A model generated the notes under the pieces. The model searched no databases and was not told the origin of the DNA. It worked only from the letters and a program-made list of their open reading frames with translations. Source: Ignavibacteria bacterium (GTDB taxonomy: Bacteria; Bacteroidota; Ignavibacteria; UBA10030; UBA6906). Taken from it: DNA of 47,405 nt. This document shows, one piece after another, positions 18,601 to 31,033 of the stretch (positions within the stretch are counted from its first letter, which is position 1; the number at the start of each line of letters is the position of its first letter). The stretch lies in the NCBI GenBank assembly GCA_027295705.1, contig JAPUKJ010000115.1:1-47405 (forward strand), read 5' to 3'. Position numbers and translations under genes: made by a program.

Positions 18601-19435
18601 ACTCATCACCAAGATCTTCACGAATTACTTTGACAAACTGGACAGTATTGAAGAAGAATTTCGCCATGAGAAGAGCAAGATCCAATTGGGTGATGAGCTG
18701 CCTCCCGGAGTTGTTCAACTTGCCAAGGTGTATGTCGCAAAGAAACGTAAGCTCTCCGTTGGTGACAAGATGGCGGGCCGACATGGCAACAAGGGTGTTG
18801 TATCGCGCGTTGTCCCAGCTGCCGATATGCCATTCCTACCAGATGGGACGCCAGTGGACATTGTTCTCAATCCGCTCGGCGTTCCCTCCCGGATGAACCT
18901 TGGGCAGCTCTATGAAACTGCGTTGGGCTGGGCGGCAAAAATCCTTGGCGTACACTACGCGTCACCAATTTTTGATGGAGCCTCATGGGAAGATGTCCAG
19001 GGAGAACTTGAGAAAGCAGGGTTGAACAAAAGCTCGACATCAGTTCTCTACGACGGTCGGACTGGCCAGAGGTTCGACCAGGAAGTTACTGTAGGATATA
19101 TATATATGCTGAAACTATCTCACCTTGTCGATGACAAGATTCATGCACGCTCCATTGGACCGTACTCGCTGATTACTCAGCAGCCCCTCGGGGGAAAGGC
19201 GCAATTCGGTGGTCAACGATTTGGAGAAATGGAAGTGTGGGCACTCGAAGGATATGGTGCTTCTCACGTGCTCCAGGAGATGCTTACAGTTAAGAGCGAT
19301 GATGTTTCTGGCCGTGCGAAAGTCTACGAAGCGATCGTCAAAGGTGAGAATTTGCCTGAAGCGAACGTTCCAGAATCATTCAATGTGCTAATTCGAGAGC
19401 TCATGGGTCTTGGGCTTGACGTGAAATTAGAATGA
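15671..19435 (+). CDS. rpoB: DNA-directed RNA polymerase subunit beta
   Basis: The motifs GNRRVRTVGE, NMQRQSVPL, GDKMAGRHGNKGVVS and GGQRFGEMEVWALE are present. I prefer TTG at 15671, which is 8 nt after AAGGAG at 15657-15662. The track start, GTG at 15662, abuts that SD and is the alternative. Confidence 0.95.
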   Translation: MRNQSNGRISFGKIHETLEVPDLLNIQLESWESFAQAGTAPSRRKNKGLQAVFKTNFPITDARENFLLEFVEYNVEKPKYTVAECEERGLTYAVPLKAKLRLSQKAEDGKSYVKTIEQDVYLGNLPAMTHRGTFIINGAERVVVSQLHRSPGVFFSESIHPNGTPIFSARIIPFRGSWVEFATDINNIMYAYIDRKKKFPVTTLLRALGYSSDDEILELFNLVDEIDVAKVDLKDYVGRIICSDVVDKKTGEIFISKDATLTDEAIKKIKKSSIKKLRFLKPEGGESSVITNTISKDVSRSEEDALGTIYRQLRSGDAPDLDTAKTLIDRLFFNEKRYDLGDVGRYRMNSKLGLDIPFSTTTLTKQDIVAIINYVIELQQGKKSMDDIDHLGNRRVRTVGEQIAQQFNIGLARMARTIRERMNIRDSGNLTPQDLVNARTITSVINAFFGTNPLSQFMDQTNPLAELTNKRRMSALGPGGLTRERAGFEVRDVHYTHYGRLCPIETPEGPNIGLISSLCIHARVNDFGFIETPYRKVKNGRVTDEIEYLNAEKEDTCTIAQANAPLDGRGHFAKDRVESRYQGDFPIVRPEDVQYMDVAPNQIVSAAAGLIPFLEHDDANRALMGSNMQRQSVPLLSPEAPLVGTGLEGKIARDSRTLILAERSGTVENVDADRIVVQYDIDETSTEALVSFEDKRRVEYRLTKFFRSNQDTCINQKAVVGPGDKVRKGEALADGPATHNGELALGKNVLVAFMPWHGYNFEDAIIVSERIVSQDVFTSIHIEDFELQVRDTKRGEEELTREIPNVSEDATKDLDENGIIRVGAEVFEGDLLIGKITPKGESDPTPEEKLLKAIFGEKAGDVKDASLKAPPGMKGVVIATKLFSRKKKDAESKKEDKRSSDALDRQRRKVVAELRERLAHKLDLLLTDEKSIGIRDTEGNVVFRSGMQFSADTFRSFPDVENLDHSSDWVEDKRKNTLITKIFTNYFDKLDSIEEEFRHEKSKIQLGDELPPGVVQLAKVYVAKKRKLSVGDKMAGRHGNKGVVSRVVPAADMPFLPDGTPVDIVLNPLGVPSRMNLGQLYETALGWAAKILGVHYASPIFDGASWEDVQGELEKAGLNKSSTSVLYDGRTGQRFDQEVTVGYIYMLKLSHLVDDKIHARSIGPYSLITQQPLGGKAQFGGQRFGEMEVWALEGYGASHVLQEMLTVKSDDVSGRAKVYEAIVKGENLPEANVPESFNVLIRELMGLGLDVKLE

Positions 19436-19515
19436 TCACACGGTTGGCGAATACTACGGATTTGTTTTCCCTCAAATTGATCGGGGTTCACACGACATAA
19501 GGTTGGAGGAACACA

Positions 19516-22500
19516 ATGGCATTTGTCCATCAAGATAGAGGTGTGAGGAAGCATTTTTCAAAGATAACGATCAGTCTGGCATCGTCGGACATGATCCTAC
19601 AGCGTTCGCGTGGCGAGGTTACAAAGCCTGAAACTATTAACTACCGGTCCTTCAGGCCGGAGAAGGATGGTCTGTTTTGCGAAAAGATATTCGGCCCTGT
19701 AAGGGACTGGGAATGCCACTGCGGAAAATACAAACGTATCAGATATAGGGGGATTATTTGTGATCGATGTGGTGTCGAAGTTACACAGAAAAGTGTCCGT
19801 CGCGAACGAATGGGTCATATAGCTCTTGCTGTTCCGATTGTCCACATCTGGTACTTCCGTTCACTCCCCTCGAAGATTGGCAACGTTCTGGGCCTGACCA
19901 CGAAGGATTTGGAAAAGATTATCTACTACGAATCGTACGTAGTCGTCAATCCCGGAACAACAGGCCTCCAGAAGAAAGATCTGATTTCTGAAGAGCAGTA
20001 TTATGAAATCCTCTCGACTTTGCCCGAAAACAACGATTACCTGGAGCCCACTGATAAGAGGAGATTCGTGGCTAAGGTTGGAGGCGAAGCGATCAAGGAT
20101 TTGCTGAAGCAGGTTGAAGTGGCGGTACTGGCTGCAGAACTTCGCGCACAGATTCTTGAAGAAAGTTCAGTCCAAAAAAAGCAAGAGGCCCTAAAGCGGC
20201 TACGTGTTGTGGAAGCATTTCGTGAACGCGAGGATGGGCCAGTGAATCGGCCGGAGTGGATGGTGCTGGATATTATTCCGGTTATTCCTCCGGAACTTCG
20301 TCCGCTCGTCCCTCTTGAAGGCGGACGCTTTGCAACTTCTGATTTGAACGATCTTTATCGCCGGGTTATCATTCGCAACAACCGGCTCAGGAGGCTTATT
20401 GATATCAAGGCACCAGATGTCATCCTCCGTAACGAGAAGCGTATGCTTCAGGAGGCCGTGGACTCCTTGTTCGACAATTCACGTCGAGTGAATGCCGTGC
20501 GAAGCGACAACAACCGTGCCCTGAAGTCACTTTCAGATATGTTGAAGGGGAAACAGGGTCGCTTCCGCCAAAACTTGCTCGGCAAACGCGTTGACTATTC
20601 TGGCCGTTCTGTAATTGTCGTGGGGCCCGAACTCCAGTTATACCAGTGTGGTCTGCCAAAAGACATGGCAGTCGAATTGTTCAAGCCGTTCATCATCAGG
20701 AAGTTGATCGAACGTGGAATCGTGAAGACAGTCAAGAGCGCGAAGAAGGTAGTTGACAATAAAGGCCCGGAAGTCTGGGAGATCCTTGAAAATATTATTG
20801 ACGGTCATCCGGTACTCTTGAATCGTGCCCCAACGCTTCACCGGCTTGGCATCCAAGCGTTTCAGCCGGTCCTCGTTGAAGGGAAAGCAATTCGAATTCA
20901 CCCGATGGTTTGTACAGCTTTCAACGCGGACTTTGATGGTGATCAAATGGCTGTCCATGTTCCTCTCTCCGTCGAGGCACAGCTCGAGGCTCGAATCTTG
21001 ATGTTGTCTAGCCATAATATTTTGTCACCTGCAAACGGGTCCCCGATAGTAACGCCAACTCAGGATCAGGTTTTGGGTTGTTATTATCTTACCAAGTCAA
21101 AAGCAGGCGATCTTGGGGAGGGATATATCTTCTGTTCCTGCGAAGAAGTAATTGTTGCCTATAATTTTGGAAAGGTTGGTCTCCATGCGCGGATAAAAGT
21201 CAAGATAGACGGAGAACTTGTCGAAACAACAACTGGTCGAGTTCTTTTCAATGAAATTGTTCCTAAGGAAATTGGGTACATAAATGAACTTCTGAATAAG
21301 AAACGGCTCGTTCAGATCATAGCGGCATCATTCCGCCAGGTAGGAAACCTGAGAACAGCAGAATTCCTTGACCGACTGAAAGAGACCGGGTTTGCGTACG
21401 CTACCATGAGTGGACTGTCGGTCAGTATTGATGATGTGACGATCCCGAAAGAAAAAGAGGTAATTCTTGCAAAGGCGCAGAAGAACGTTGAGGAGGTGTA
21501 CAATCAGTATACACGAGGATTTATCACCAATGGAGAACGCTATAACAAAGTAATTGACATCTGGACGCGTGCAACAACCCGCGTTGCAGAGAAGCTGTTT
21601 GACGGCCTGCAGCATGGGCAGGAAGGATTCAACTCCTTGTATATGATGGTTGACTCTGGAGCTCGGGGCTCAAAAGAGCAAGTGCGTCAACTGGCTGGAA
21701 TGCGCGGATTGATGGGAAAACCACAGAAGAGCCTTTCCGGTGCGACGGGTGAATTGATCGAGAACCCGATTACTGCAAATTTCCGCGAAGGTCTCTCTGT
21801 GTTGGAATACTTTATCTCGACGCATGGAGCGCGAAAAGGTCTTGCCGACACTGCATTGAAGACGGCTGATGCAGGGTACCTCACTCGACGTCTTGTGGAT
21901 GTAGCTCAAGACTCGATCATCTCAATGGAAGACTGTGGGACAATCCGTGGTGTTATTACAGGAGCGCTGAAGGAGGGAGAAGACATCAAGGAACCCCTTG
22001 CTGAGCGCATCCTCGGACGAGTTGCTGTGGATGATGTGGTCGACCCGATGTCGGGCGATGTTATTGTACACGCCGGAGAATTGATAGATGAAGATAAAGC
22101 AAACCGGATTGCCGAGACGTCGATAGAGACCGTGGAAATTCGGTCAGTGCTGACCTGTGAAGCGAAACGCGGCGTTTGTGCTCTATGTTATGGCCGCAAC
22201 CTTTCGACAGGGAAACGAATCCAGCCTGGCGAAACAGTAGGCATTATTGGAGCACAGTCTATTGGTGAACCTGGAACGCAGCTTACACTCCGAACATTCC
22301 ATACAGGAGGAACGGCGAGCTTAGTCGCGTCACAGTCACAAGTGCAGTCAAAATTTGATGGGAAGCTTGAGTACGAAGGGATCAAGTCTATCGCAGTGGC
22401 GGATGAAGCAGGTCAAAAAATCACTGTCTCAGGCCGCAGCGGTGTGGTGAAGGTTCTTGATCAGGACAATCGCATGCTGACAAGATACGATGTACCGTAC

Positions 22501-23793
22501 GGCGCAACGCTTCTTGTCAAGGATGGTGCAAACGTCACCAAGGGTGAAATAATCTATGAGTGGGATCCCTACAATGCTGTGATCATCTCAGAACATGTAG
22601 GTACAGTAAAGTACCAGGACCTTAAAGAAAATGCTACATATCGTGAGGAACCGGACGAGCAGACCGGTCATATTCAGAAAGTGGTGATCGACTCACGTGA
22701 CCGCACGCTGAGTCCCAGCGTTTTGATCATGAACAAGAAGGGACAGAAAGCCGCGAGCTATATAATTCCAACCCGGTCTCACATCGTCGTTGACGACGGG
22801 CAGGAAATTGCAGCTGGAACTGTGCTGGTGAAGATACCGAGAGACATTGGTAAGAGTCGGGACATCACCGGCGGTCTACCACGCGTAACCGAGTTGTTTG
22901 AAGCGCGCAGTCCAAATGACCCTGCGATCGTTGCGGAGATCGACGGGGTGGTTAGCTTTGGCGCTCACAAGCGAGGATCTCGGGAAGTAATCGTGAGAAG
23001 CCATGACGGAAAGGATACACGCAAGTATCCGATACCGTTGGGTAAACACGTCTTGGTGCAACAGAATGATGTTGTCCGCGCGGGCGAACGTCTGTCTGAT
23101 GGCGCAATTGACCCACACGATATTCTCGGGATCAAAGGGGTCGGAGCAGTTCAGGAATACTTGGTGAATGAGATCCAAGAGGTATATCGTATTCAAGGTG
23201 TGAAGATCAACGATAAACACATCGAAATCATCGTGCGACAGATGATGCAGAAAATCTGCGTTGTGGATTCAGGAGACACGAAGTTTCTTGAAGGAGACTA
23301 TGTGGATAAGCTGAAGTTTCAGGATGAGAACGAGAACCTCCGGGGCAAAGTCGTCGTGATTAGCAAGGGTGATTCAAAGTACAAAAACGGGCAGGTGGTG
23401 TCAAAAAAGAAAGTGCGTGAGGCTAATGGTGAGCTACGTAAGCGTGCAAAGAAGGTCGCAGAGTACAGAGATGCGGAGCCAGCAACCTCTGAGCCGGTCT
23501 TGCTGGGGATTACATCAGCAGCACTTTCTACTGATAGCTTCATTTCAGCAGCTTCTTTCCAGGAAACCACAAAAGTCCTTACCGATGCGGCTATCGAAGG
23601 GAAGGTGGATTTGCTGCTCGGACTAAAAGAAAACGTAATTATGGGTAACCTGATTCCGTCAGGAACGGGGATGAAGCATTTCAAGAATATTGTCGTTGCC
23701 AGTAAAGATGGTGGTGTGGAGGAGGAGTTGACGGCTGAAGAAGTAACGGTCCAGAGAACCAAGGAGAAGGAAAAGCTGGCAATGACGATGTGA
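19516..23793 (+). CDS. rpoC: DNA-directed RNA polymerase subunit beta'
   Basis: 1425 aa. It has the zinc finger [23 protein letters not shown] and the catalytic [19 protein letters not shown] precedes the ATG. Confidence 0.98.
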   Translation: MAFVHQDRGVRKHFSKITISLASSDMILQRSRGEVTKPETINYRSFRPEKDGLFCEKIFGPVRDWECHCGKYKRIRYRGIICDRCGVEVTQKSVRRERMGHIALAVPIVHIWYFRSLPSKIGNVLGLTTKDLEKIIYYESYVVVNPGTTGLQKKDLISEEQYYEILSTLPENNDYLEPTDKRRFVAKVGGEAIKDLLKQVEVAVLAAELRAQILEESSVQKKQEALKRLRVVEAFREREDGPVNRPEWMVLDIIPVIPPELRPLVPLEGGRFATSDLNDLYRRVIIRNNRLRRLIDIKAPDVILRNEKRMLQEAVDSLFDNSRRVNAVRSDNNRALKSLSDMLKGKQGRFRQNLLGKRVDYSGRSVIVVGPELQLYQCGLPKDMAVELFKPFIIRKLIERGIVKTVKSAKKVVDNKGPEVWEILENIIDGHPVLLNRAPTLHRLGIQAFQPVLVEGKAIRIHPMVCTAFNADFDGDQMAVHVPLSVEAQLEARILMLSSHNILSPANGSPIVTPTQDQVLGCYYLTKSKAGDLGEGYIFCSCEEVIVAYNFGKVGLHARIKVKIDGELVETTTGRVLFNEIVPKEIGYINELLNKKRLVQIIAASFRQVGNLRTAEFLDRLKETGFAYATMSGLSVSIDDVTIPKEKEVILAKAQKNVEEVYNQYTRGFITNGERYNKVIDIWTRATTRVAEKLFDGLQHGQEGFNSLYMMVDSGARGSKEQVRQLAGMRGLMGKPQKSLSGATGELIENPITANFREGLSVLEYFISTHGARKGLADTALKTADAGYLTRRLVDVAQDSIISMEDCGTIRGVITGALKEGEDIKEPLAERILGRVAVDDVVDPMSGDVIVHAGELIDEDKANRIAETSIETVEIRSVLTCEAKRGVCALCYGRNLSTGKRIQPGETVGIIGAQSIGEPGTQLTLRTFHTGGTASLVASQSQVQSKFDGKLEYEGIKSIAVADEAGQKITVSGRSGVVKVLDQDNRMLTRYDVPYGATLLVKDGANVTKGEIIYEWDPYNAVIISEHVGTVKYQDLKENATYREEPDEQTGHIQKVVIDSRDRTLSPSVLIMNKKGQKAASYIIPTRSHIVVDDGQEIAAGTVLVKIPRDIGKSRDITGGLPRVTELFEARSPNDPAIVAEIDGVVSFGAHKRGSREVIVRSHDGKDTRKYPIPLGKHVLVQQNDVVRAGERLSDGAIDPHDILGIKGVGAVQEYLVNEIQEVYRIQGVKINDKHIEIIVRQMMQKICVVDSGDTKFLEGDYVDKLKFQDENENLRGKVVVISKGDSKYKNGQVVSKKKVREANGELRKRAKKVAEYRDAEPATSEPVLLGITSAALSTDSFISAASFQETTKVLTDAAIEGKVDLLLGLKENVIMGNLIPSGTGMKHFKNIVVASKDGGVEEELTAEEVTVQRTKEKEKLAMTM

Positions 23794-23835
23794 GGAGAAA
23801 TGCGGAGAACGGGTTGTTTCTTAAGGATGTTAAGG

Positions 23836-23864
23836 TTGACAATGTAGCCTCAGTTTGTTAAATT
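23836..23864 (+). promoter_or_regulatory. Sigma-70-like promoter candidate for the str operon (rpsL-rpsG-fusA-tuf...)
   Basis: TTGACA (23836-23841), a 17-nt spacer, then TAAATT (23859-23864). It sits about 50 nt upstream of the rpsL ATG. Confidence 0.45.
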
Positions 23865-23915
23865 ACGTGACTTTTTCTAGTCTCAGTTACAGTTTGTAGG
23901 ATCGCGGAATAGTTA

Positions 23916-24287
23916 ATGCCAACAATAAACCAGCTCGTCAGAAAAAGCCGGAGAAGAGTGACTTGGAAAAGTAAAACTCCGGCGATGGGCGGAAGCCCTC
24001 AAAAGAGGGGGGTCTGTACTCGCGTTTATACCACAACACCGAAGAAGCCCAACTCCGCTTTGAGAAAAGTAGCCCGTGTACGGCTAACTAGTGGTGTTGA
24101 AGTAACAGCGTATATCCCCGGTGAAGGTCATAACTTGCAGGAGCACTCTATTGTGATGATCCGAGGAGGGAGGGTAAAGGACCTACCTGGTGTCCGATAC
24201 CACATAATTAGAGGAGTACTGGATACAGCGGGTGTTGAGGACAGAAAACAGGGCCGATCAAAGTACGGGGCAAAGCGAACAAAATAA
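23916..24287 (+). CDS. rpsL: 30S ribosomal protein S12
   Basis: 123 aa with [10 protein letters not shown] and [12 protein letters not shown]. Confidence 0.98.
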   Translation: MPTINQLVRKSRRRVTWKSKTPAMGGSPQKRGVCTRVYTTTPKKPNSALRKVARVRLTSGVEVTAYIPGEGHNLQEHSIVMIRGGRVKDLPGVRYHIIRGVLDTAGVEDRKQGRSKYGAKRTK

Positions 24288-24307
24288 CAATCCGAAACTG
24301 ATCCATT

Positions 24308-24775
24308 ATGAGAAAAAAGAGAGCACTCCCTCGGACTACGCCGCCGGACCCAAAATATAATGACACCCTTGTTTCCGAGTTTGTAAATTGCGTTATGAAG
24401 AAGGGAAAAAAGCATCTCGCACGCCGGGTTGTGTATGACTCGTTTTCAATAATGGAACAGCGCACAAAGACGAGCGGTATTGATGTGTTCAAGAAGGCCA
24501 TCAACAATACGCGGCCTGTACTTCAAGTGAAGGCGCGGAGGGTGGGCGGAGCCACCTATCAAGTTCCAACTGAAGTGAGACCTGAAAGGAGTACAGCATT
24601 GGCAATCAGGTGGTTGATAAGTTATGCGAACGGGCGAAAAGACAAATCGATGTCTGAGAAACTGGCGGCCGAATTTATCGCAGCGTCCAATGGTCAGGGG
24701 AATGCAATAAAGAAGAAAGAAGATACACATAAGATGGCTGAAGCAAACAAGGCTTTTGCCCACTTTAGATGGTGA
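24308..24775 (+). CDS. rpsG: 30S ribosomal protein S7
   Basis: 155 aa with S7 motifs (PDPKYND, GGATYQVPTEVRPER). It follows rpsL. Confidence 0.97.
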   Translation: MRKKRALPRTTPPDPKYNDTLVSEFVNCVMKKGKKHLARRVVYDSFSIMEQRTKTSGIDVFKKAINNTRPVLQVKARRVGGATYQVPTEVRPERSTALAIRWLISYANGRKDKSMSEKLAAEFIAASNGQGNAIKKKEDTHKMAEANKAFAHFRW

Positions 24776-24805
24776 TTGGAAAGAGGGAAGAGAACGAATT
24801 AGAAT

Positions 24806-26908
24806 ATGCCAAGACCGTTTCCATTAGGACGAACCCGTAACATCGGAATCAGCGCTCATATTGATGCCGGCAAGACGACAACGACTGAGCGTATCCTCTT
24901 TTATACTGGTGTCCTGCACCGCATGGGAGAAGTGCATGATGGTGCAGCCACAATGGATTGGATGGAGCAGGAGAAAGAGCGCGGTATAACAATTACTTCT
25001 GCGGCCACTACATGTTCCTGGAACAATCATCGGATCAATATTATTGATACTCCCGGCCATGTAGATTTCACAGCAGAAGTGGAGCGGTCTCTGCGGGTGT
25101 TGGATGGTGCAATTGCACTGTTTTGTTCTGTCGGCGGTGTCGAGCCGCAATCAGAAACCGTTTGGCGGCAAATGGACCGATACGGTGTTCCTCGCATTGC
25201 ATTTGTAAACAAAATGGATCGTGTAGGTGCTGACTTCTTGGGCGGAGTTCGGATGATGAAAGAACGTCTTGCTGCCAATGCAGTTCCGATTCAATTGCCT
25301 GTTGGAGAAGGTGATCTGTTTTCTGGGATCATCGATCTTGTAGCCATGAGAGCGCGAATGTACACGGAGTCTCCCTTGGGAACGGACTGGCAGGAAATCG
25401 CCATTCCTCATGACATGGAGGCCATTGCCCAGGAATACCGCACGAAAATGTTGGAAGCGGTTTCAGATGAGGATGATACACTTCTTGAGAAGTATCTCGA
25501 AGGTAAAGAGATCACGCCTGGTGAAATCATGGCGGTGTTGCGGCGAGCTTGTCTGAAAGTGAGCATTATTCCGGTTCTATGTGGCTCTTCTTTCAAGAAT
25601 AAAGGGGTGCAGATGTTGCTTGATGCGGTGGTGAATTATCTGCCATCTCCCTCTGACATGAACGAAGGAATTGTTACCGGCCACCATGTAAACATGACCG
25701 ATCACATTGTTCGAAATGTTGATGATAACGAAAAGTTCTCAGCTCTTGCATTCAAGGTTGTAGCAGACCAATTTGTGGGAAAGCTGACCTACTTCCGTGT
25801 GTATTCGGGGACGCTCGATGCCGGCTCTTATGTGTATAATCCGGTTTCTGATAAAAGGGAGCGGATCAGTCGTATTCTTCAGATGCATGCCAACGCGCGG
25901 GAGGATGTTGAGAAAGCATACACAGGTGATATAGTGGCCGCCGTGGGCCTGAGGTACACCCGCACTGGTGATACGCTATGCGAAGAATCTGATCCGATCA
26001 TTCTTGAGAAGATGTCTTTTCCTGATCCAGTGATTCACGTAGCTATTGAGCCCAAGACCAAGGCAGATCAGGAGAAGTTGGCTGAAGCGGTTTCGAAGCT
26101 AGTGGAGGAAGATCCTACACTCAGAATCTCCACAAACGAGGAGACGGGCCAGAATATCATCAGTGGCATGGGGGAGTTGCACCTTGAAATCATCATCGAG
26201 CGGATGAAACGGGAGTTCCGCGTCGAAGCAAATATTGGCAGACCTCAGGTGGCCTATAAGGAGACGGTCAGGGAAAAGGTACAGGCGCAGGGTAAGTTCG
26301 TCCGCCAGTCAGGCGGTCGTGGGCAGTATGGCGATGTTTGGATTGAAGTTGAACCGAATGGAAAGGGGAAAGGTTTTGAGTTCGAAAACGCCATTGTTGG
26401 TGGTGTTGTTCCCAAGGAGTACATCAAGCCGGTTGAGCAGGGCATTCTTGAAGCGATGAGGAACGGTGTGCTTGCGGGATACCCTGTCGAAGATGTTAAA
26501 GTTAAATTGTTCGACGGCTCGTACCACGAGGTTGATTCCTCTGAGATGGCTTTTAAGATTGCAGGATCAATGGCGTTCAAAGAGGCTGCCCGCAAGGCCA
26601 ATCCCGTTATTCTTGAGCCTATTATGGCTGTCGAGGTTGTAACGCCGGAAGAGTATATGGGTGATGTCATGGGCAACTTGAATTCGCGCCGCGGCAAAAT
26701 CGAAGGGATGACACCGCGCAAAGACGCTCAGGTGATCAAAGCAACAGTCCCGTTGTCGGAGATGTTTGGCTACTCGACGTCCCTGCGCTCAATGACCCAA
26801 GGTCGTGCTATTTACACGATGGAGTTGTCGCACTACGATGAAACACCTAGGAGTGTGTCAGACCAAATAATTGAAAAGATTAGAGGCAAGGAAGCGGTTA
26901 CTGCATAA
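24806..26908 (+). CDS. fusA: Elongation factor G
   Basis: 700 aa with GTPase motifs [20 protein letters not shown] and NKMD, followed by EF-G domains. Confidence 0.98.
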   Translation: MPRPFPLGRTRNIGISAHIDAGKTTTTERILFYTGVLHRMGEVHDGAATMDWMEQEKERGITITSAATTCSWNNHRINIIDTPGHVDFTAEVERSLRVLDGAIALFCSVGGVEPQSETVWRQMDRYGVPRIAFVNKMDRVGADFLGGVRMMKERLAANAVPIQLPVGEGDLFSGIIDLVAMRARMYTESPLGTDWQEIAIPHDMEAIAQEYRTKMLEAVSDEDDTLLEKYLEGKEITPGEIMAVLRRACLKVSIIPVLCGSSFKNKGVQMLLDAVVNYLPSPSDMNEGIVTGHHVNMTDHIVRNVDDNEKFSALAFKVVADQFVGKLTYFRVYSGTLDAGSYVYNPVSDKRERISRILQMHANAREDVEKAYTGDIVAAVGLRYTRTGDTLCEESDPIILEKMSFPDPVIHVAIEPKTKADQEKLAEAVSKLVEEDPTLRISTNEETGQNIISGMGELHLEIIIERMKREFRVEANIGRPQVAYKETVREKVQAQGKFVRQSGGRGQYGDVWIEVEPNGKGKGFEFENAIVGGVVPKEYIKPVEQGILEAMRNGVLAGYPVEDVKVKLFDGSYHEVDSSEMAFKIAGSMAFKEAARKANPVILEPIMAVEVVTPEEYMGDVMGNLNSRRGKIEGMTPRKDAQVIKATVPLSEMFGYSTSLRSMTQGRAIYTMELSHYDETPRSVSDQIIEKIRGKEAVTA

Positions 26909-26946
26909 CGTAGGATTGTAAACTCATTTCTAGAGGAGAGAAACCA

Positions 26947-28158
26947 ATGGCGAAGGAAAAATTCAGTCGAGAAAAACCACACCTGAATGTCGGCACTATT
27001 GGTCATGTTGATCACGGGAAAACAACTCTGACAGCAGCGATCACGATGATCTTCGCGAAAAAAGGGTTGTCGTCAATTCGGACATTCGATAGTATCGACA
27101 ACGCTCCCGAAGAGCGCGCGAGAGGTATTACGATTGCAACTGCTCATGTGGAGTACTCAACCGATAAACGCCATTATGCTCACGTCGACTGTCCTGGACA
27201 TGCTGACTATGTTAAGAATATGATCACTGGTGCGGCTCAGATGGATGGTGCAATTCTTGTAGTGGCTGGGACAGACGGGCCGATGCCTCAAACTCGCGAA
27301 CACATTCTCCTTGCTCGTCAAGTTGGAGTGCCGAAGATCGTCGTGTTCCTCAACAAAGTGGACGCGGTTGATGATCCCGAGCTTCTCGATCTAGTGGAGC
27401 TTGAGCTTCGTGATCTCTTGAAGAAATATGAATTCCCTGGGGACGAAATCCCGATCATTCGCGGGAGCGCCTTGAAGGCCATGGAAGCAGCGATCAATCC
27501 AGATTCCAAGCTTGATGATCCAGCTTTCAAATGCGTATTCGAGTTGATGGACGCAGTTGATAGCTATATTCCGGTTCCGCAGCGCGACGTGGACAAGCCG
27601 TTCTTGATGCCGGTAGAAGATGTGTTCTCGATTACAGGTCGTGGGACAGTTGGCACGGGCCGAGTCGAACGTGGCAAAGCAAAGGTTGGCGACGAGGTTG
27701 AAGTGATCGGTCTCGGTGCGCGCAAGAAGACTGTTGTCACCGGCGCGGAGATGTTTCGGAAGGAGTTGGACGAAGTCCGGGCAGGTGACAATGCAGGTTT
27801 GCTGCTTCGAGGTGTGGAGAAGACAGAACTCGAGCGTGGCATGGTCGTTGCCAAGCCGGGCTCAATCACCCCGCACAAGAAATTCCAGGCGCAGGTGTAC
27901 GTACTGAAGAAAGAGGAGGGGGGACGTCACACGCCGTTCTTCACGGGGTATCGTCCGCAGTTTTACTTCAGGACGACGGATGTGACCGGTGTTGCGACTC
28001 TTCCAGGGGGCACAGAAATGGTAATGCCGGGCGATAACGTTAACGGTATGAGTATCGAGCTCATATCGCCGATCGCAATGGAGGAAGGCCTGCGCTTCGC
28101 TGTTCGTGAAGGCGGTCATACAGTAGGTGCTGGCGTTGTTGCGAAAATTCTGGAGTAA
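26947..28158 (+). CDS. tuf: Elongation factor Tu
   Basis: 403 aa with [18 protein letters not shown] and NKVD. This is the only tuf copy in the window. Confidence 0.98.
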   Translation: MAKEKFSREKPHLNVGTIGHVDHGKTTLTAAITMIFAKKGLSSIRTFDSIDNAPEERARGITIATAHVEYSTDKRHYAHVDCPGHADYVKNMITGAAQMDGAILVVAGTDGPMPQTREHILLARQVGVPKIVVFLNKVDAVDDPELLDLVELELRDLLKKYEFPGDEIPIIRGSALKAMEAAINPDSKLDDPAFKCVFELMDAVDSYIPVPQRDVDKPFLMPVEDVFSITGRGTVGTGRVERGKAKVGDEVEVIGLGARKKTVVTGAEMFRKELDEVRAGDNAGLLLRGVEKTELERGMVVAKPGSITPHKKFQAQVYVLKKEEGGRHTPFFTGYRPQFYFRTTDVTGVATLPGGTEMVMPGDNVNGMSIELISPIAMEEGLRFAVREGGHTVGAGVVAKILE

Positions 28159-28198
28159 TAGTATATATAGTGTGTTAACTATGCAGGAGTAGCTCATA

Positions 28199-28507
28199 GT
28201 GGCCGGTCAGAAAATCCGCATAAAACTAAAGTCATACGATCACAACCTGATCGACAAGTCTGCGGAAAAAATCATCAAGACGGTTAAGTCAACAGGAGCT
28301 GTGGTCTCTGGTCCGATCCCGTTACCGACGAAACGGACGCTATATACCGTGCTTCGTTCACCTCACGTTGACAAAAAGTCCAGAGAGCAATTCGAGACAC
28401 GCGCCCACAAGCGACTCATCGATATACTCAATTCGACGAACAGAACTGTCGACTCTCTGATGAAACTGGATTTGCCTGCGGGTGTCGACGTCGAGATCAA
28501 AGTGTAA
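28199..28507 (+). CDS. rpsJ: 30S ribosomal protein S10
   Basis: 102 aa with a GTG start about 10 nt after AGGAG. It contains [16 protein letters not shown]. Confidence 0.96.
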   Translation: MAGQKIRIKLKSYDHNLIDKSAEKIIKTVKSTGAVVSGPIPLPTKRTLYTVLRSPHVDKKSREQFETRAHKRLIDILNSTNRTVDSLMKLDLPAGVDVEIKV

Positions 28508-28582
28508 CACCTGCTCTCTCGATCGTGAGGCTATTTTGCAGATGTAGCATTGGGCAGTATTGTTATCCAAATGGATGATGCC

Positions 28583-29215
28583 ATGACAGGGTTATTGGGA
28601 AAAAAAATTGGAATGACTAGTATCTTTGATGAAAAGGGCCATATAATCCCTTGTACGGTAATTGAAGCGGGGCCCTGCTTTGTCACCCAAATCAAAACCA
28701 AAGATCGCGATGGGTACGAGGCTGTGCAGATGGGTTTTGGTGAGAAAAGAGAACGTCTTGTAAACAAGCCTGCCAAGGGTCACTTTGCAAAGGCTAAAAT
28801 TAAGCCGACTCGCATCTTGCGCGAATTCAGAGACAATGGTGTATCCGACTATCAGGCCGGCCAAGAGCTCAAGGTCGATAAATTTTTTGCCAAGGGTGAT
28901 CTCGTTAGCGTTATCGGGAGTTCGAAAGGGCATGGATTTCAAGGTGTTGTGAAGCGTCACCACTTTGGAGGGGGTGTTAGAACACATGGGCAAAGCGACC
29001 GTGAGCGTGCACCAGGTTCTATTGGCTCATCCTCGTTTCCGTCGCGGGTGTTCAAGGGTATGCGGATGGCTGGAAGGATGGGTGGTGAGAGGGTGACAAT
29101 CCGAAACCTTGAAGTTGTCGGCATGATTCCCGATTCGAATCTGCTGCTCCTGAAGGGGTCTGTACCAGGGGCACGGAACGGGTACGTGGAGATCCGCAAG
29201 AGTAAAGCGCATTGA
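28583..29215 (+). CDS. rplC: 50S ribosomal protein L3
   Basis: The start is set at the Met giving [19 protein letters not shown], a typical L3 N-terminus. The track start at 28550 adds 11 unsupported residues. Confidence 0.93.
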   Translation: MTGLLGKKIGMTSIFDEKGHIIPCTVIEAGPCFVTQIKTKDRDGYEAVQMGFGEKRERLVNKPAKGHFAKAKIKPTRILREFRDNGVSDYQAGQELKVDKFFAKGDLVSVIGSSKGHGFQGVVKRHHFGGGVRTHGQSDRERAPGSIGSSSFPSRVFKGMRMAGRMGGERVTIRNLEVVGMIPDSNLLLLKGSVPGARNGYVEIRKSKAH

Positions 29216-29217
29216 GT

Positions 29218-29847
29218 ATGGAACTGGAAGTGTACAAAATAGACGGTACCAAAAGCGGAGAGAAAGTAAAGCTTTCCGCGGACATCTTCGGTATCGAGCC
29301 AAATGAACACGCGATATACCGTGCGGTGCGGGTGTATCTGGATAACCAGCGTCAAGGAACCGCAAAGGTAAAGGATCGCTCCGAGGTTCGCGGTGGCGGA
29401 AGGAAACCGTTTAGGCAGAAACGCACAGGCATGGCACGCCAGGGTTCAACGCGATCTCCTCTTCAGATCGGCGGAGGTTCAATATTCGGTCCCAAACCGA
29501 GGGACTACACAAACAAACTTCCCGCAAAAATGCATAAGCTTGCTAGAAAGTCGGCTCTTTCTCACAAAGCAAAGGAAGGACAGATAAAGATCGTTGAGGA
29601 TTTTTCTTTCACAGCACCCAAAACAAAAGAGGTAGTGGCGATCTTGAAGGCACTCGATGTGAGTGCACAAAAGACACTCCTCCTTATGCCGAGTAGCAAC
29701 GTGAATGTTGTTCGATCGGGGCGCAACATCCCGAGCTTCAAAGTATTGGAAGCTGATAAGGCGTCAACATACGACCTTGTGAACAACCAGGTGCTGCTTA
29801 TCCAGAAAAGTGCGGTTGATATTCTTCAAAATACATTCAGGAATTAA
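29218..29847 (+). CDS. rplD: 50S ribosomal protein L4
   Basis: The ATG at 29218 immediately follows the rplC stop. The sequence is L4-family (GGGRKPFRQKRTGMARQGS). Confidence 0.94.
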   Translation: MELEVYKIDGTKSGEKVKLSADIFGIEPNEHAIYRAVRVYLDNQRQGTAKVKDRSEVRGGGRKPFRQKRTGMARQGSTRSPLQIGGGSIFGPKPRDYTNKLPAKMHKLARKSALSHKAKEGQIKIVEDFSFTAPKTKEVVAILKALDVSAQKTLLLMPSSNVNVVRSGRNIPSFKVLEADKASTYDLVNNQVLLIQKSAVDILQNTFRN

Positions 29848-29860
29848 CATAGATAAAGCA

Positions 29861-30151
29861 ATGATAGGGATTTTGAAGCGCCCCATCGTCACAGAAAAGA
29901 TGACATTGTTGCAGGAAAAAGGTCAGTACGCGTTCGAGGTCGATCGTGGAGCAAACAAAATAACGATTGCAAAGGCAGTTGAGAAAAAGTTCAATGTCAC
30001 CGTCATGAGTGTACGTACTGGCCGTCATAAGGGGAAATCAAAATCTCAGTTGACGAGAAAAGGACGTTTTACTGGCCGCACCTCGGCATGGAAGAAGGCA
30101 ATAGTGAGATTGAAAGAGGGCGATAAGATTGAATTCTTCCAGAACATGTAG
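29861..30151 (+). CDS. rplW: 50S ribosomal protein L23
   Basis: The start is at the Met giving MIGILKRPIVTEKMTLLQE. The track start at 29810 overlaps rplD. Confidence 0.93.
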   Translation: MIGILKRPIVTEKMTLLQEKGQYAFEVDRGANKITIAKAVEKKFNVTVMSVRTGRHKGKSKSQLTRKGRFTGRTSAWKKAIVRLKEGDKIEFFQNM

Positions 30152-30172
30152 TGCTTTGTATAGGGATGTAGC

Positions 30173-31000
30173 ATGGGAATCCGAAAACTGAAACCAACCA
30201 CTCCCGGCACCAGGTGGATGTCTGTTTCGAGCTTCGATGAGATTACGAAGACGAAACCGGAGAAGTCGTTGATCGAACCGCTGCGAAAAACGGGAGGTCG
30301 AAATAATACAGGTCGGATCACTTCTCGTCACCGAGGAGGCGGGCACAAGAGGTTCTTTCGCATGATCGACTTCAAGCGAAATAAAGTCGGCATGGACGCG
30401 AAGGTTGCGGCAATTGAGTATGATCCTAATAGGTCGGCTCGCATTGCGCTCTTGCAATACATTGATGGTGAGAGGCGCTACATCATCGCACCTGACGGCG
30501 TCAAAGTTGGAGACGTACTCCGCTCTGGATCAGATGCCGAGATAAAAGTCGGCAACGCAATGCCCCTCGGAAGAATTCCGGCGGGGACTTTTGTGCATAA
30601 CATTGAGTTGCGCCCTGGCAAGGGTGCCCAATTGGCACGCAGTGCGGGAGCCTCGGTGCACTTGATGGCGAAAGACGGAAGGTATGCTCAACTTAAGCTC
30701 CCTTCTGGAGAAATCCGAAATGTCCTAACAGAATGCCGTGCGACGATTGGTTCTGTAGGCAACGCTGATCACGAGAACATCAGTCTTGGTAAAGCGGGGC
30801 GCTCTCGCTGGCTCGGAATTCGGCCGCAGTCACGAGGTGTTGCGATGAATCCTGTGGACCACCCCCATGGAGGGGGCGAAGGAAAGTCTCCTCAGGGGAA
30901 TCCGCATCCCGTTTCGCCATGGGGTTGGCACACGAAGGGTAAGAAGACGCGCTCGAGAAAAAAGCCATCAACGAGGTATATTGTAAAGCGCAGAAAGTAG
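30173..31000 (+). CDS. rplB: 50S ribosomal protein L2
   Basis: 275 aa with the motifs GGGHKR and [12 protein letters not shown]. Confidence 0.98.
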   Translation: MGIRKLKPTTPGTRWMSVSSFDEITKTKPEKSLIEPLRKTGGRNNTGRITSRHRGGGHKRFFRMIDFKRNKVGMDAKVAAIEYDPNRSARIALLQYIDGERRYIIAPDGVKVGDVLRSGSDAEIKVGNAMPLGRIPAGTFVHNIELRPGKGAQLARSAGASVHLMAKDGRYAQLKLPSGEIRNVLTECRATIGSVGNADHENISLGKAGRSRWLGIRPQSRGVAMNPVDHPHGGGEGKSPQGNPHPVSPWGWHTKGKKTRSRKKPSTRYIVKRRK

Positions 31001-31033
31001 AATCCCCAAGACGAAGAAACTTGGTAAGAGATT